NCBI GenBank assembly: GCA_016930235.1
Contig: JAFGHI010000042.1
Location: 2,550 to 66,549 of the forward strand
DNA length: 64,000 nt
Reading direction: 5' to 3'
Origin: Candidatus Omnitrophota bacterium
GTDB taxonomy: Bacteria; Omnitrophota; Omnitrophia; Omnitrophales; Aquincolibacteriaceae
The notes below the pieces were generated by a model. That model saw nothing but the letters and a program-made list of their open reading frames with translations. It was not told the DNA's origin and did no database searches. Shown piece by piece: positions 1 through 9,570 of the stretch. Every line of letters starts with the position of its first letter. Position 1 is the stretch's first letter. A program made the position numbers and the translations under genes.

Positions 1-292
1 AAAGGTATAAGATATCTTCGACTCGTTCGATAAAATCAGGATCACTCAAAGTGGCCGAGACTTTTCCGATACCCCATAAGGTTCCGTTCAGGACTTGTCG
101 GGGTGCCAATAAGGCGTGCGCCAAAACGACTTTTGGCCCGTCGGAAGGGTAAGCCTCTTCTTGCCCGGTATTCCTTAAATTGGGGCTTCCCTGAGTCAAA
201 GGAAGGCAAATGAGATTAATCACACACAAGAGAACCGTGATCAGCCCCACTTTTATTATAGAAATTCTATTGGAAGAAAAAACCAAGCTCAT
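1..292 (-). CDS. Partial (5' end only) hypothetical secreted/membrane-anchored protein; the gene continues beyond the window start
   Basis: Reverse-strand ATG at 290-292 opens a frame with no stop through position 1. The translation begins MSLVFSSNRISIIKVGLITVLLCVINLICLPLTQG, a hydrophobic signal-like N-terminus. No family recognised. Confidence 0.3.
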   Translation of the reverse strand, partial: MSLVFSSNRISIIKVGLITVLLCVINLICLPLTQGSPNLRNTGQEEAYPSDGPKVVLAHALLAPRQVLNGTLWGIGKVSATLSDPDFIERVEDILYL

Positions 293-439
293 GGATAAGC
301 CAATTTTAAGCATGATGAATAAAAAAGGCCAGAAAAAAAATTTTAACTATCGGTGAATAAAATCGATATATTAGGTAGAATAAGCGATAAAAATTTCAGC
401 CGTTTTTAAAATGCGGGGACAATAGGAAAGGGTTGGAAC

Positions 440-808
440 ATGCCGAAGAAAATATTGGCCATTGATGATGAGGAAGATCTGCTAAGCATCATTAAAACTT
501 GGCTTGAATCGAATGGCTTTCAAGTTGAAACGGCGAAGAATGGGGAGGAGGGGCTCCATAAGGCAAGAGCTATTAATCCGGATTTGATTATCCTGGATAT
601 TATGATGCCGAAGATGGATGGTTTTGAAGTTTTGTCGGATTTGCGTGGGCATAGGCAGACCAATACGATTCCGGTAGTGATGTTGACTTCCAAAGGAGAG
701 ACTGAAAATATCATGGAGTCAGAACGGTTATTAGCCCAGGATTTTTTAATCAAGCCTTTCGAAGCTCATGAGCTTCTCAATATGGTGCACCGGTACGTGC
801 GGCGTTAA
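440..808 (+). CDS. Stand-alone response regulator receiver domain (CheY-like)
   Basis: KILAIDDEEDL...DLIILDIMMPKMDG...LTSKGE gives the conserved Asp pocket, phospho-acceptor Asp and the T/K of REC domains. At 122 aa it has no output domain. Confidence 0.8.
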   Translation: MPKKILAIDDEEDLLSIIKTWLESNGFQVETAKNGEEGLHKARAINPDLIILDIMMPKMDGFEVLSDLRGHRQTNTIPVVMLTSKGETENIMESERLLAQDFLIKPFEAHELLNMVHRYVRR

Positions 809-827
809 TTCTTCCGGGGAATGATTT

Positions 828-1187
828 GTGGACCAACGTTATAAGAAGATGCTTATAAAAATGGCCGAGAAGGAAACCAAAGATGGGCCTTCCGACAAAG
901 AAAAAGATTGGTCTTTATATATTCTTCGGTGCTCGGATGGTTCTCTTTATACCGGGATTACCAATGATTTAAATCGACGGTTTAAAATGCACTCTGAAGG
1001 GAAGGCATCCCGCTATACAAGGACTCGCAGACCCGTGGAAATTCTTTACGAAGAAAAATGCGGGACGCGGACGCAGGCGATGGTGCGTGAATGCAAGGTG
1101 AAATCCTACCCTCGAATAAAAAAAGAAGAACTTTTTATTCAAAAATCGAGAATCAAAAGAAAGAAAAAGATCAGAGCTGTTATTTGA
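828..1187 (+). CDS. GIY-YIG nuclease superfamily protein (UPF0213-like)
   Basis: WSLYILRCSDGSLYTGITNDLNRRFKMH is a classic GIY-YIG motif. GTG start. Confidence 0.7.
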   Translation: MDQRYKKMLIKMAEKETKDGPSDKEKDWSLYILRCSDGSLYTGITNDLNRRFKMHSEGKASRYTRTRRPVEILYEEKCGTRTQAMVRECKVKSYPRIKKEELFIQKSRIKRKKKIRAVI

Positions 1188-1192
1188 GAATC

Positions 1193-2074
1193 ATGCGGTA
1201 TTTCTTCGAGTACTGTTTTTTTCTTATCTTAAAATTACTGATGGGGCTTCTTCCATTTAAGGCCGGATGCCGGTTAGCGCGTCAATTGGGAGAGATGGTC
1301 TTCTATTTATGGCCTTCGCGAAGGAAAATTGCTCTTCGAAATCTCGACCGTGCTTATCAGGATCGCTTATCGCAGACTCAAAAGAAGATGATTGCTCGGA
1401 AATCTTTCGGGCATGGTGCGATGTCTATTTATGAGTTATTTTCAATCTCCAAAATCTTGCCGAAGCTGGAAACATTTTTTCAGTTCAGAGGGTTTGAACA
1501 TATCGAAAAAGCCCAGTCAAAAGGAAAGGGTGTTATCCTGGTGATCTCGCATGTAGGGGCCTGGGAATATTTATCGTTTTTGACTAATTTGAAAGGGGTT
1601 AAAGGTGGGATGGTGGTCAAAAAGATCAAAAATCCATGGATTGATCGTGAGGTCTGGCGGTGCCGGTCTTTGACGCAGGCCACTCCTATTTTGAAAGATA
1701 ATTCGATGAAAACCGTGCTAGCACGTCTTAAGAAGAATCATGTCATTGCTGTTCTGATTGATCAATGGGACGGACCGGATGGGCTATGGGTGGATTTTTT
1801 CGGAGAGAAAACTTCAACGACATCTATTCCCTCAAGGCTGGCTAGGAAAACGGGGGCCTCGCTCCTTCCGGTATTTTGTGTCCGGCGGGGGATTGGAGAT
1901 TACGAGATTACAATACACGAAGAGGTTATCTTGCCGATGGGTGATAACTGGGAAACAGAAACCACAATTCGGCTAAACCGTATTCTTGAGGAGCAGATCC
2001 GGGAATGTCCTGATCAATGGAATTGGGGACACCGTCGTTGGAAACCGGAACCTTCTAGTTATCGCATGAAATAA
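1193..2074 (+). CDS. Lipid A biosynthesis (Kdo2-lipid IVA) acyltransferase, LpxL/HtrB family
   Basis: Has an N-terminal TM segment and the LPLAT-type ISHVGAWEY (H-x4-E) motif. The architecture is LpxL-like. Start moved to ATG 1193 to avoid overlapping the upstream ORF. An LpxL versus LpxM assignment is not possible. Confidence 0.65.
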   Translation: MRYFFEYCFFLILKLLMGLLPFKAGCRLARQLGEMVFYLWPSRRKIALRNLDRAYQDRLSQTQKKMIARKSFGHGAMSIYELFSISKILPKLETFFQFRGFEHIEKAQSKGKGVILVISHVGAWEYLSFLTNLKGVKGGMVVKKIKNPWIDREVWRCRSLTQATPILKDNSMKTVLARLKKNHVIAVLIDQWDGPDGLWVDFFGEKTSTTSIPSRLARKTGASLLPVFCVRRGIGDYEITIHEEVILPMGDNWETETTIRLNRILEEQIRECPDQWNWGHRRWKPEPSSYRMK

Positions 2075-2239
2075 CCTATCCTCGATGTCTTTAGAATTTT
2101 TAAAAGAAGATTAGAGACTTTTTTGGAATCTTTGATAGAATACGAAACATAATACTTGACCCCCAAAGTAGGATGCGTCTGTCTACAGATTAATCGTTTA
2201 ATAACTTATTGGTATTAAAAGAGTAAGGAAGAGTGAACC

Positions 2240-4384
2240 ATGGGCAGTAAGGCAGCTGTGTCAAAAGGGCAGAAGAAATTGAATGCGTTGTTTGAACCGG
2301 AAAGCATTGCGGTGATTGGGGCCTCCAGAAGAAAAGAAGCGGTCGGTTTTGCCATTCTTCATAATCTGATTGCAGCGGGGTACAAAGGAAAAATTTATCC
2401 GGTCAATCCTAAAGTTGATGAGTTGGAAGGAATGCGTTGCTACCATTCGGTTGATGAGATCCCAGCGGCTTTTGATCTGGCCGTCATTATTATCCCAAGT
2501 TCGGTTGTTCCGGAAATGCTGAGGCAATGCGGAGAAAAAGGTGCACAAGCGGCGATTGTCATTTCAGCCGGTTTTCGTGAGGTGAGCAAGGAAGGGGCAA
2601 AGCTTGAGCAGGAAGTTTCGAAGATTGCCGATGAATATGGGATGCCTGTTTTAGGGCCGAATTGTCTGGGCATGATCAATGCCAGTTCCAAAATGTCGAT
2701 GAATGCAAGTTTTTCTGCGACGATGCCCAAGGAAGGAAATATTGCTTTTTTATCTCAAAGTGGAGCCCTTTGTACAGCCATTCTTGATTATGCCAAAGGG
2801 GAGAATATAGGTTTTTCCAAGTTCATCAGCCTAGGCAACAAAGTTGATCTCAATGAAGTCGATATCCTCCGTTATCTTAAAGAAGACCCCGAGACAGACG
2901 TTGTCCTTATGTATATCGAAGATTTAGTGGATGGTCGTGCGTTCATCGATGTTGCGCGCGAAATGACAGGCGATCTTGAGAATGGCAAGCCGATATTGGC
3001 CATTAAAGCGGGGAGGACAGCTCAAGGCGCCAAAGCAGCGCAATCCCATACCGGATCTTTGATGGGATCAGACAAAGTTTATGATGCCATTTTTGCGCAG
3101 GCAGGAGTCTTGCGGTTAGATTCGGTTGCCGAGATGTTTGATTTAGGAATTGCCTTTGCGAATGAGCCCCTTCCTAAAAGCAATCGCGTCGCGATTGTGA
3201 CAAATGCTGGTGGCCCCGGGATTATGGCGACGGATGCTTGTGTGCGTTATGGTTTAGAAATGGCGGAACTCGAACAAACAACACGCGAAGCACTGGCAAA
3301 GGTACTCCCGCCCACGGCGAATTTGAATAATCCGGTTGATGTGATTGGTGATGCCCAACACGACCGGTATGAGCAAGCCTTGAAGATTGTGGCGCAAGAT
3401 CCTAACGTTGACGGAATTATCGTTATCCTGACGCCTCAAGCCATGACCGATATCAAGGAAATTGCCGACGTGGTCGTTCAAATCGATAAACAGACAGATA
3501 TTCCCCTTATTGCTTGTTTTATGGGCATTGTCGATGTTACTCCGGGAGTCAAGGTTCTCGAAGAAAATTTTGTGCCGCATTACCGGTTTCCTGAGGAAAC
3601 GGCTCGAGCTTTGGGGGCGATGTACCGTTACCAGCAGTGGATGAAGCGTCCCAGGACAGATGTTGTTCATTTCAAGGTCGAAAAGGATCGAGCGACAAAG
3701 ATTTTAAAACAGATGAAACAACCCGAACCGAGTGTTTTACCGATCCATGATGCGATGGCTATTTTTGAGGCTTATGGATTTCCTGTTTTGCCGTATGGTT
3801 TGGCGCATCATGAAGGAGAGGCCAGAGAGATCAGCCAGAAAGTTGGTTTCCCCATTGCCATGAAGATCGTCTCAAATCAGGTTGTCCATAAATTTGATGT
3901 CGGGGGTGTTCGCTTAAATATTAACAGTCCTGAGGAAGCGGCCAAGGCTTATTGTGAGATTGTCCAGATCGTTTCCAGCAAGTCCCCCGGGGCACTGATA
4001 GAAGGAGTTTTAATCCAAAGGATGGCACAAAAGGGGCGTGAAGTGATTCTAGGGATGAACCGCGATCCTCATTTTGGGCCGACCTTGATGTTTGGATTAG
4101 GAGGGATTTATGTTGAAGCGCTCAAGGATGTAACTTTCCGTTTGGCCCCGATCCGCGAATTGACGGCGCGGCATATGATTAAGATGATTCGTGCCTATCC
4201 GATTTTAAAGGGAATTCGCGGTGAGAAACCCGCCGATTTTGCAAAGATAGCCGAATGCTTGGAGCGGTTATCTCAACTTGTCTGTGAAAATCCTCAAATC
4301 AGCGAAGTAGATATCAACCCCCTGATGGTTTACGAAGTAGGGTTGGGTGCTGCGGTCGTGGATGCCAGGATTGTGATTGATTAG
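2240..4384 (+). CDS. Acetyl-CoA synthetase (ADP-forming), fused alpha/beta subunits (NDP-forming acyl-CoA synthetase)
   Basis: N-terminal CoA-binding domain (SIAVIGASRRKEAVG), a succinyl-CoA-synthetase-like flavodoxin domain and a C-terminal ATP-grasp domain. 714 aa. Confidence 0.85.
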   Translation: MGSKAAVSKGQKKLNALFEPESIAVIGASRRKEAVGFAILHNLIAAGYKGKIYPVNPKVDELEGMRCYHSVDEIPAAFDLAVIIIPSSVVPEMLRQCGEKGAQAAIVISAGFREVSKEGAKLEQEVSKIADEYGMPVLGPNCLGMINASSKMSMNASFSATMPKEGNIAFLSQSGALCTAILDYAKGENIGFSKFISLGNKVDLNEVDILRYLKEDPETDVVLMYIEDLVDGRAFIDVAREMTGDLENGKPILAIKAGRTAQGAKAAQSHTGSLMGSDKVYDAIFAQAGVLRLDSVAEMFDLGIAFANEPLPKSNRVAIVTNAGGPGIMATDACVRYGLEMAELEQTTREALAKVLPPTANLNNPVDVIGDAQHDRYEQALKIVAQDPNVDGIIVILTPQAMTDIKEIADVVVQIDKQTDIPLIACFMGIVDVTPGVKVLEENFVPHYRFPEETARALGAMYRYQQWMKRPRTDVVHFKVEKDRATKILKQMKQPEPSVLPIHDAMAIFEAYGFPVLPYGLAHHEGEAREISQKVGFPIAMKIVSNQVVHKFDVGGVRLNINSPEEAAKAYCEIVQIVSSKSPGALIEGVLIQRMAQKGREVILGMNRDPHFGPTLMFGLGGIYVEALKDVTFRLAPIRELTARHMIKMIRAYPILKGIRGEKPADFAKIAECLERLSQLVCENPQISEVDINPLMVYEVGLGAAVVDARIVID

Positions 4385-4474
4385 AGAATAATGTAATTCG
4401 TTTCTGCAATTTGGGTTAGCCATCAGATTTCGATTTTTTCCCTTCTTAAAATTCAATGCCTCCGATTTTTGAAG

Positions 4475-4530
4475 TTGAAAACTTCCTTTAAATTTGTAGA
4501 ATGACCCAAGAATTGTTCAGAAATTCACAA
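4475..4530 (+). promoter_or_regulatory. Sigma70-like promoter (TTGAAA-16-TAGAAT) with a Rex-operator-like palindrome TTGTTCAGAAATTCACAA at about +3
   Basis: TTGAAA at 4475-4480 and TAGAAT at 4497-4502. The 18-bp site at 4513-4530 resembles the Rex box consensus TTGTGAA-n4-TTCACAA and lies directly upstream of rex. Confidence 0.4.
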
Positions 4531-4543
4531 TTAAGAGGTTAAG

Positions 4544-5161
4544 TTGCGAAAAGTATCGCCTAAAACACTTACTCGGGCACTTTTTTATATCCGGACCTTA
4601 AACCGTCTGCTTCATTTAGGGGGATCGGTCGTTTCTTCTAAAGAGTTGGCGGATATTATGGGTTTCTCCGATGCTCAAGTCCGGAAAGATATTTCTAATT
4701 TTGGCAAGGTGGGGAAACCCCGTATCGGATATAAAGTCGCAGAGCTTAAACAAGTGCTGGAAGATTTCCTGGTTCAGGATGTGGTCCATGCGGCCCTTTT
4801 TGGAGTCGGGAATCTCGGGTCGGCCATCTTGAGATATTCCGGGTTTCATCAAAATAAAATCAAACTCGTGGCAGCTTTTGATATTGATAAGAATAAAATC
4901 GGAAAAACAATTAATGGAGTTCCTGTTTATGCGATGAAAGATATTCGTGAAATTGTGCGCAGGACGCATGTTGATATTGGTATCATCGCTGCCCCCGAAG
5001 AAGCAAGCCAGGACATTGCCGATTTAATCGTGGGTTCGGGCTTAAAGGGAATTGTTAATTTTGCGCCGACTTCCGTAAGTGTCCCCAAAGGAGTTTTTGT
5101 CAAGGACATTGATTTATCCATAGAATTTTTGTCACTTTTTTGCGACATGCAGCATTCATGA
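4544..5161 (+). CDS. rex: Redox-sensing transcriptional repressor Rex (paralog 1)
   Basis: N-terminal winged helix (SSKELADIMGFSDAQVRKDISNFGKVGKPRIGYKV) followed by a Rossmann NADH-binding domain (FGVGNLGSAIL). TTG start. Confidence 0.85.
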   Translation: MRKVSPKTLTRALFYIRTLNRLLHLGGSVVSSKELADIMGFSDAQVRKDISNFGKVGKPRIGYKVAELKQVLEDFLVQDVVHAALFGVGNLGSAILRYSGFHQNKIKLVAAFDIDKNKIGKTINGVPVYAMKDIREIVRRTHVDIGIIAAPEEASQDIADLIVGSGLKGIVNFAPTSVSVPKGVFVKDIDLSIEFLSLFCDMQHS

Positions 5162-5185
5162 TTTTTTCAGGGAGATTTCAAGAAC

Positions 5186-5557
5186 GTGCACGAGATGTCG
5201 ATTGCCCAAGGAATGATCGAGCAGATTGAGAAAATAGCTCAAGATTATGATGCGATACGAGTCACGAAAGTGGAAATCGAGACAGGTATTTTAAGGCAGG
5301 TCATCGCCGATGTGATGCAAACGGCGTTTCAAGCGGTGAGCGAGGGGACCCTTGCTGAAGGTTCGTTGCTTGAGCTGAGGGAAGTCCCGGCGCTTGCAGA
5401 ATGCCGGAAGTGTAAGATGTCATTTGAGCCGGAGATTGACAATTTTCTTTGTCCCCAATGCCATTTAGCGGATGTCAAAATCCTTCAGGGGGATGAAATC
5501 ATACTGAAATCGATGGAATGTGATTCCAAGGAGAAAAAAGAAACCCATGAAAATTAA
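5186..5557 (+). CDS. hypA: Hydrogenase nickel incorporation protein HypA
   Basis: N-terminal MHEMSIAQ and a C-terminal zinc ribbon CRKC...CPQC. Confidence 0.85.
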   Translation: MHEMSIAQGMIEQIEKIAQDYDAIRVTKVEIETGILRQVIADVMQTAFQAVSEGTLAEGSLLELREVPALAECRKCKMSFEPEIDNFLCPQCHLADVKILQGDEIILKSMECDSKEKKETHEN

Positions 5558-6230
5558 CGTTGTGAAACGTGTTCTCAATGCCAATGATTTGGTCGCGCAG
5601 GATAATCGTAAAAAGTTCAAGCAAGCGCAGGTCTTAGCTGTGAACTTCATCAGCTCGCCCGGGAGCGGGAAGACGACGCTTTTAGAGAAAACCATCCAGA
5701 AACTTTTGCCTGATGAAAAATCGATTGCGCTTGTTGGAGATCTTCAGACGACAAGAGATGCCGAAAGGCTTGCTCCGGGGGCTTTGCAGGCGACTCAAAT
5801 TAACACAGGGATGAGTTGTCATTTGTATGCGAATCAAGTGGCGGATGCGTTGAAGACACTCCCGCTTGCAAAGGCCGATTATCTTTTTATCGAAAATGTC
5901 GGCAATATGGTCTGTCCGGGTGAATTTGATTTGGGAGAAAATCTCAAAGTAGTGCTTCTGAGCATTCCGGAAGGGGATGACAAAGTTGCGAAATACCCGA
6001 CTATTTTTAGGGCGGCTGATCTCGTATTGATCACAAAGATCGATTTAATGGGTGCCTTGAGTTTCGATTTAAAAAGAATCCAGGATGATTTGGCAAAATT
6101 AAATGCCAACGTGCCTTTGATCCAATTATCCTCTTTGAAAGGGGACGGCATGGTGCCATGGATCCAGTGGTTGAAGGCCCAGCGTCGAAAAGGGATTGGG
6201 GCTCAAGCAAAATTTGTGACCGAGGAATAA
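5547..6230 (+). CDS. hypB: Hydrogenase nickel incorporation GTPase HypB
   Basis: P-loop GSGKTTLLEKT and a SIMIBI-class GTPase core. The start overlaps the hypA stop by 11 nt. Confidence 0.85.
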   Translation: MKINVVKRVLNANDLVAQDNRKKFKQAQVLAVNFISSPGSGKTTLLEKTIQKLLPDEKSIALVGDLQTTRDAERLAPGALQATQINTGMSCHLYANQVADALKTLPLAKADYLFIENVGNMVCPGEFDLGENLKVVLLSIPEGDDKVAKYPTIFRAADLVLITKIDLMGALSFDLKRIQDDLAKLNANVPLIQLSSLKGDGMVPWIQWLKAQRRKGIGAQAKFVTEE

Positions 6231-6268
6231 TATTTCCTCCAAAAAGATAGACAGTCTTTAATTATCTC

Positions 6269-6321
6269 TTGAAATAAATCTAAAAGTGAGTATAATAACT
6301 CAATTGTTACGAATTTCACGA
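6269..6321 (+). promoter_or_regulatory. Sigma70-like promoter (TTGAAA-16-TATAAT) with a Rex-like palindrome TTGTTACGAATTTCACGA at the predicted +1
   Basis: TTGAAA at 6269-6274 and TATAAT at 6291-6296, with the 18-bp imperfect Rex-box-like site at 6304-6321. It lies upstream of hoxF. Confidence 0.4.
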
Positions 6322-6426
6322 TTGAGTGGGATCGCGTACCTTCCTCGTCCTTTCCAGTAAAGGCCAAGAGGGCGTTTTTTTACATTGACCCCAAGAACCG
6401 ATAGAGAATGAATAAGGGTTATCTCC

Positions 6427-8238
6427 ATGAATAAGGATATCGAGAAGATTGTTAAGCAGGTTTGTGAATCGAATGGCCAGAACAAGACCAAGATGATGAA
6501 TATTGTGACCTCTCTGCAGGAGCGCTTGGGGGGGCTATCCGGTGACGTGATGGATCTCATTGCTAAGCAGACAAAAGTTCATCGGGTCGAGGTCGAAAGC
6601 ATTGTTTCCTTTTATTCCTTCCTCTCGAAAACCCCAAAAGGCAAGATTGTGATCAGACTTTGTAATGATATCGTTGATAAAATGCAGGGTGGGGAAGCTG
6701 TCCGGAAGGCTTTTTGCGACGAGTTAGGGGTCAAAATAGGCGGGACTACGCCTGATGGGAATATGACCTTGGAAGAAACACCGTGCATCGGTATGTGCGA
6801 CCAAGCTCCGGCAGCGTTAGTGAATGATGTTGTCTTCACTTATTTGTCGACCGATAAAGCGCGGGAGATTGTCCGCGAATTAAAAAAGCATGGTGACCCC
6901 AAAAAAATTCCGCATCGGCTCGGAGATGGCAATAACGCTCATGACTTGGTACGTTCCATGGTTCATAACGGCATTCGAAAGAAAGGGCCTGTTATTTTTT
7001 CGGATTATGAAGCTGAAAGCGGACTCAAAAAAGCGCTTGCCATGAGCCCTGTCGAAGTGATTCGGGAAGTCAAGATTGCGCGGCTTCGCGGACGAGGTGG
7101 CGCAGGATTCCCGACGGGGATGAAATGGGAATTTACGCGCGGTGCCGAAGGAACCCAAAAATTTGTTATCTGCAATGCGGATGAGGGGGAACCAGGGACC
7201 TTTAAAGACCGGGTTATCCTGACGGAAAAGTATGATCTGCTTTTTGAGGGAATGACAATCGGAGGATATGCGATTGGTTCAGATACGGGCATCCTGTATT
7301 TACGGGGTGAATACCTTTATTTGAAGGCTTTCCTCGAGGAAATGCTTGAGGACAGGCGCAAGAAAGGTTTGTTGGGTAAGGATATCCTTCATAAAAAGGG
7401 TTTTCACTTTGATATTCATATTCAAATAGGGGCGGGGGCCTACATTTGTGGTGAAGAAACATCACTGATCAGTTCTTGTGAGGGGCTGCGCGGAGATCCA
7501 AAAACACGGCCGCCATTTCCTGCTCAGAAGGGTTATTTAGGCTGTCCGACAACAGTCAATAACGTTGAAACATTTTGTTGTGTGGCGCGCATTATGGATC
7601 GTGGTGCCACTTGGTTTGCCGAGATTGGATCGAAAGGAAGTCCGAGTACAAAGTTGTTGAGCGTTTCAGGAGATTGTTCGGGGCCCGGTGTTTATGAGTT
7701 TCCTTTCGGGATCAAGGTCCGGGATTTACTCAAGGAGGTTGGAGCCGAGGATGTCCAAGCGGTTCTCATCGGTGGTCCGTCAGGTCAGATCATTGGCCCT
7801 TCGGATTTTGAGCGAACGATTTGCTACGATGATTTGCCGACGGGTGGATCAATCGTTATTTTCAATCAGGAAAGAAATATTCTGGAAGTCGTCAAAGAGT
7901 ATATGGATTTCTTTGTGGAGGAGAGTTGCGGCTATTGTACGCCTTGCCGTGTCGGTAATGTTTTGCTTCGAAATGGAATCGAGAACATCATCGAGGGCAA
8001 GGGGGAACCGAAAGATCTGGATTATTTGAAAGAATTGGGAGAATCCGTGAAAGTGACCAGCCGGTGCGGTTTGGGACAGACGTCTCCGAATCCGGTCCTC
8101 ACGACTTTAAAGAATTTCCGAGGAGTTTACGAAAAATTGGTCAAAAAAGACGAAAAGGGTTTTCAGCCGACTTTTGATGCAAAACGAGCGGTAGGCGATG
8201 CGGAGAAAGTGGCTGGGCGCGCATCCGTTCATTATTAA
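6427..8238 (+). CDS. hoxF: NAD(P)H-binding diaphorase subunit HoxF of bidirectional [NiFe] hydrogenase (NuoE-like domain fused to a NuoF-like domain)
   Basis: An N-terminal thioredoxin-like [2Fe-2S] module (C...CIGMCDQAP) precedes the NuoF signature GRGGAGFPTGMKWEF. FMN/NADH-binding glycines and the 4Fe-4S site ESCGYCTPCR...SRCGLGQ are present. Confidence 0.85.
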   Translation: MNKDIEKIVKQVCESNGQNKTKMMNIVTSLQERLGGLSGDVMDLIAKQTKVHRVEVESIVSFYSFLSKTPKGKIVIRLCNDIVDKMQGGEAVRKAFCDELGVKIGGTTPDGNMTLEETPCIGMCDQAPAALVNDVVFTYLSTDKAREIVRELKKHGDPKKIPHRLGDGNNAHDLVRSMVHNGIRKKGPVIFSDYEAESGLKKALAMSPVEVIREVKIARLRGRGGAGFPTGMKWEFTRGAEGTQKFVICNADEGEPGTFKDRVILTEKYDLLFEGMTIGGYAIGSDTGILYLRGEYLYLKAFLEEMLEDRRKKGLLGKDILHKKGFHFDIHIQIGAGAYICGEETSLISSCEGLRGDPKTRPPFPAQKGYLGCPTTVNNVETFCCVARIMDRGATWFAEIGSKGSPSTKLLSVSGDCSGPGVYEFPFGIKVRDLLKEVGAEDVQAVLIGGPSGQIIGPSDFERTICYDDLPTGGSIVIFNQERNILEVVKEYMDFFVEESCGYCTPCRVGNVLLRNGIENIIEGKGEPKDLDYLKELGESVKVTSRCGLGQTSPNPVLTTLKNFRGVYEKLVKKDEKGFQPTFDAKRAVGDAEKVAGRASVHY

Positions 8239-8262
8239 TCTATTTAACATAAGGGTTGAATT

Positions 8263-8985
8263 ATGGGGCAGACAATAAAATTTACGATTGATGGAACTGA
8301 AGTCAACGGACGTCCAGGCCAGACGATTATGGAAGCCGCCGATGAGGCAGGGGTTTATATCCCGCGTCTATGTTACCTGAAAGAATTAACGCCGCATGGC
8401 AGCTGCCGCGTTTGTACGGTCATCGTCAACGGCCGCCCGCAGACAGCTTGCACGCAGCCGATTGCTGACGGGATGACGGTTGAGAATAATACGCCGGAAC
8501 TGCTGGAGCATCGTAAGAACCTTGTTGATATGCTTTTTGTGGAGGGGAATCATTTTTGCATGTTCTGTGAAAAAAGCGGTAATTGTGAGCTTCAGGCGAT
8601 GGCTTACCGGTTGGGGATTCTGGCTCCTAAATATCCTTTTATGTTTCCGACTTGCGAGGTGGATGCTTCGCACCCCGACATCTTCATTGACCGCAACCGT
8701 TGTATCTTATGTGGACGATGTGTGCAGGCATCCAAAGATTTGGATGGCAAACACGTTTTTGATTTTGTCGGCCGCGGAGTTCATAAGAAGATCGCGGTGG
8801 ATGCAGAAGCAAAACTGGTGGATACGGATGCTGATGTGCGTGACAAAGCTGCGGAAGTTTGCCCCGTCGGGGCCATCTTAAAAAAGCACATAGGATTTTC
8901 AGTCCCTATTGGGAAACGTCTTTATGACCAAAAACCGATCGGATCGGAAATTGAAGAGAAAAAAATGACAAAGGTAAAAAGTTAA
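8263..8985 (+). CDS. hoxU: HoxU diaphorase iron-sulfur subunit (NuoG N-terminal-like)
   Basis: A 2Fe-2S ferredoxin fold (LCYLKELTPHGSCRVC) plus His/Cys-ligated 4Fe-4S motifs (HFCMFCEKSGNCELQ, CILCGRCVQ). Confidence 0.8.
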   Translation: MGQTIKFTIDGTEVNGRPGQTIMEAADEAGVYIPRLCYLKELTPHGSCRVCTVIVNGRPQTACTQPIADGMTVENNTPELLEHRKNLVDMLFVEGNHFCMFCEKSGNCELQAMAYRLGILAPKYPFMFPTCEVDASHPDIFIDRNRCILCGRCVQASKDLDGKHVFDFVGRGVHKKIAVDAEAKLVDTDADVRDKAAEVCPVGAILKKHIGFSVPIGKRLYDQKPIGSEIEEKKMTKVKS

Positions 8986-9003
8986 AGGTAGGGGAAGAAG
9001 AGT

Positions 9004-9549
9004 ATGGAGAAGCCAAAGGTTGCGACAGCGTCATTAGCAGGATGTTTTGGATGCCACATGTCAGTCCTTGATATCGATGAAAGGATCCTGAAGCTTGTGG
9101 AATTGATACGTTTCGATAAATCTCCCATTAACGATATCAAAGAGTTTACGGGCCGTTGTTTAGTAGGGTTGATCGAAGGGGGTTGCTGCAATGATGAGAA
9201 TGTCCATGTGCTTCGAAACTTCCGGGAGCATTGCGATATCCTTATTTCGTTGGGCGACTGTGCTGTCAATGGGGGTGTTCCTGCAATGCGTAACGGTATC
9301 CCTCTCCGGGAATGTTTAGAGGAAGCATACCTCAACGGCCCCACTGTTTATAATCCTAAAAAGATTATCCCCAACGACAAAGAAATTCCTCTTTGTCTGG
9401 ACAAGGTTTATCCTTGCCATCACGTTGTGAAGATCGATTATTTTCTTCCCGGATGCCCGCCTTCCGCGGACACGATTTGGGAAACCTTGGTTGCACTTTT
9501 AAATAATAAGCCGCTTGATTTGCCTTACGAATTGATCAAGTACGATTAA
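9004..9549 (+). CDS. hoxY: [NiFe] hydrogenase small subunit HoxY
   Basis: Proximal-cluster motif ASLAGCFGCHMS (NuoB/20-kDa-like), followed by distal Cys residues. Confidence 0.8.
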   Translation: MEKPKVATASLAGCFGCHMSVLDIDERILKLVELIRFDKSPINDIKEFTGRCLVGLIEGGCCNDENVHVLRNFREHCDILISLGDCAVNGGVPAMRNGIPLRECLEEAYLNGPTVYNPKKIIPNDKEIPLCLDKVYPCHHVVKIDYFLPGCPPSADTIWETLVALLNNKPLDLPYELIKYD

Positions 9550-9570
9550 TGACATTGGAGCTAGGAAAAC

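Noticed and set aside
291-356. Tiny plus-strand ORF MDKPILSMMNKKGQKKNFNYR
   Set aside because: It has no ribosome-binding site, sits in the AT-rich divergent promoter region between the minus-strand partial gene and the receiver gene, and is most likely non-coding.
1091-1192. N-terminal 34 codons of the 327-aa acyltransferase ORF
   Set aside because: They overlap the end of the GIY-YIG gene in another frame. An in-frame ATG at 1193 immediately after the upstream stop gives a normal TM-anchored LpxL-like N-terminus.
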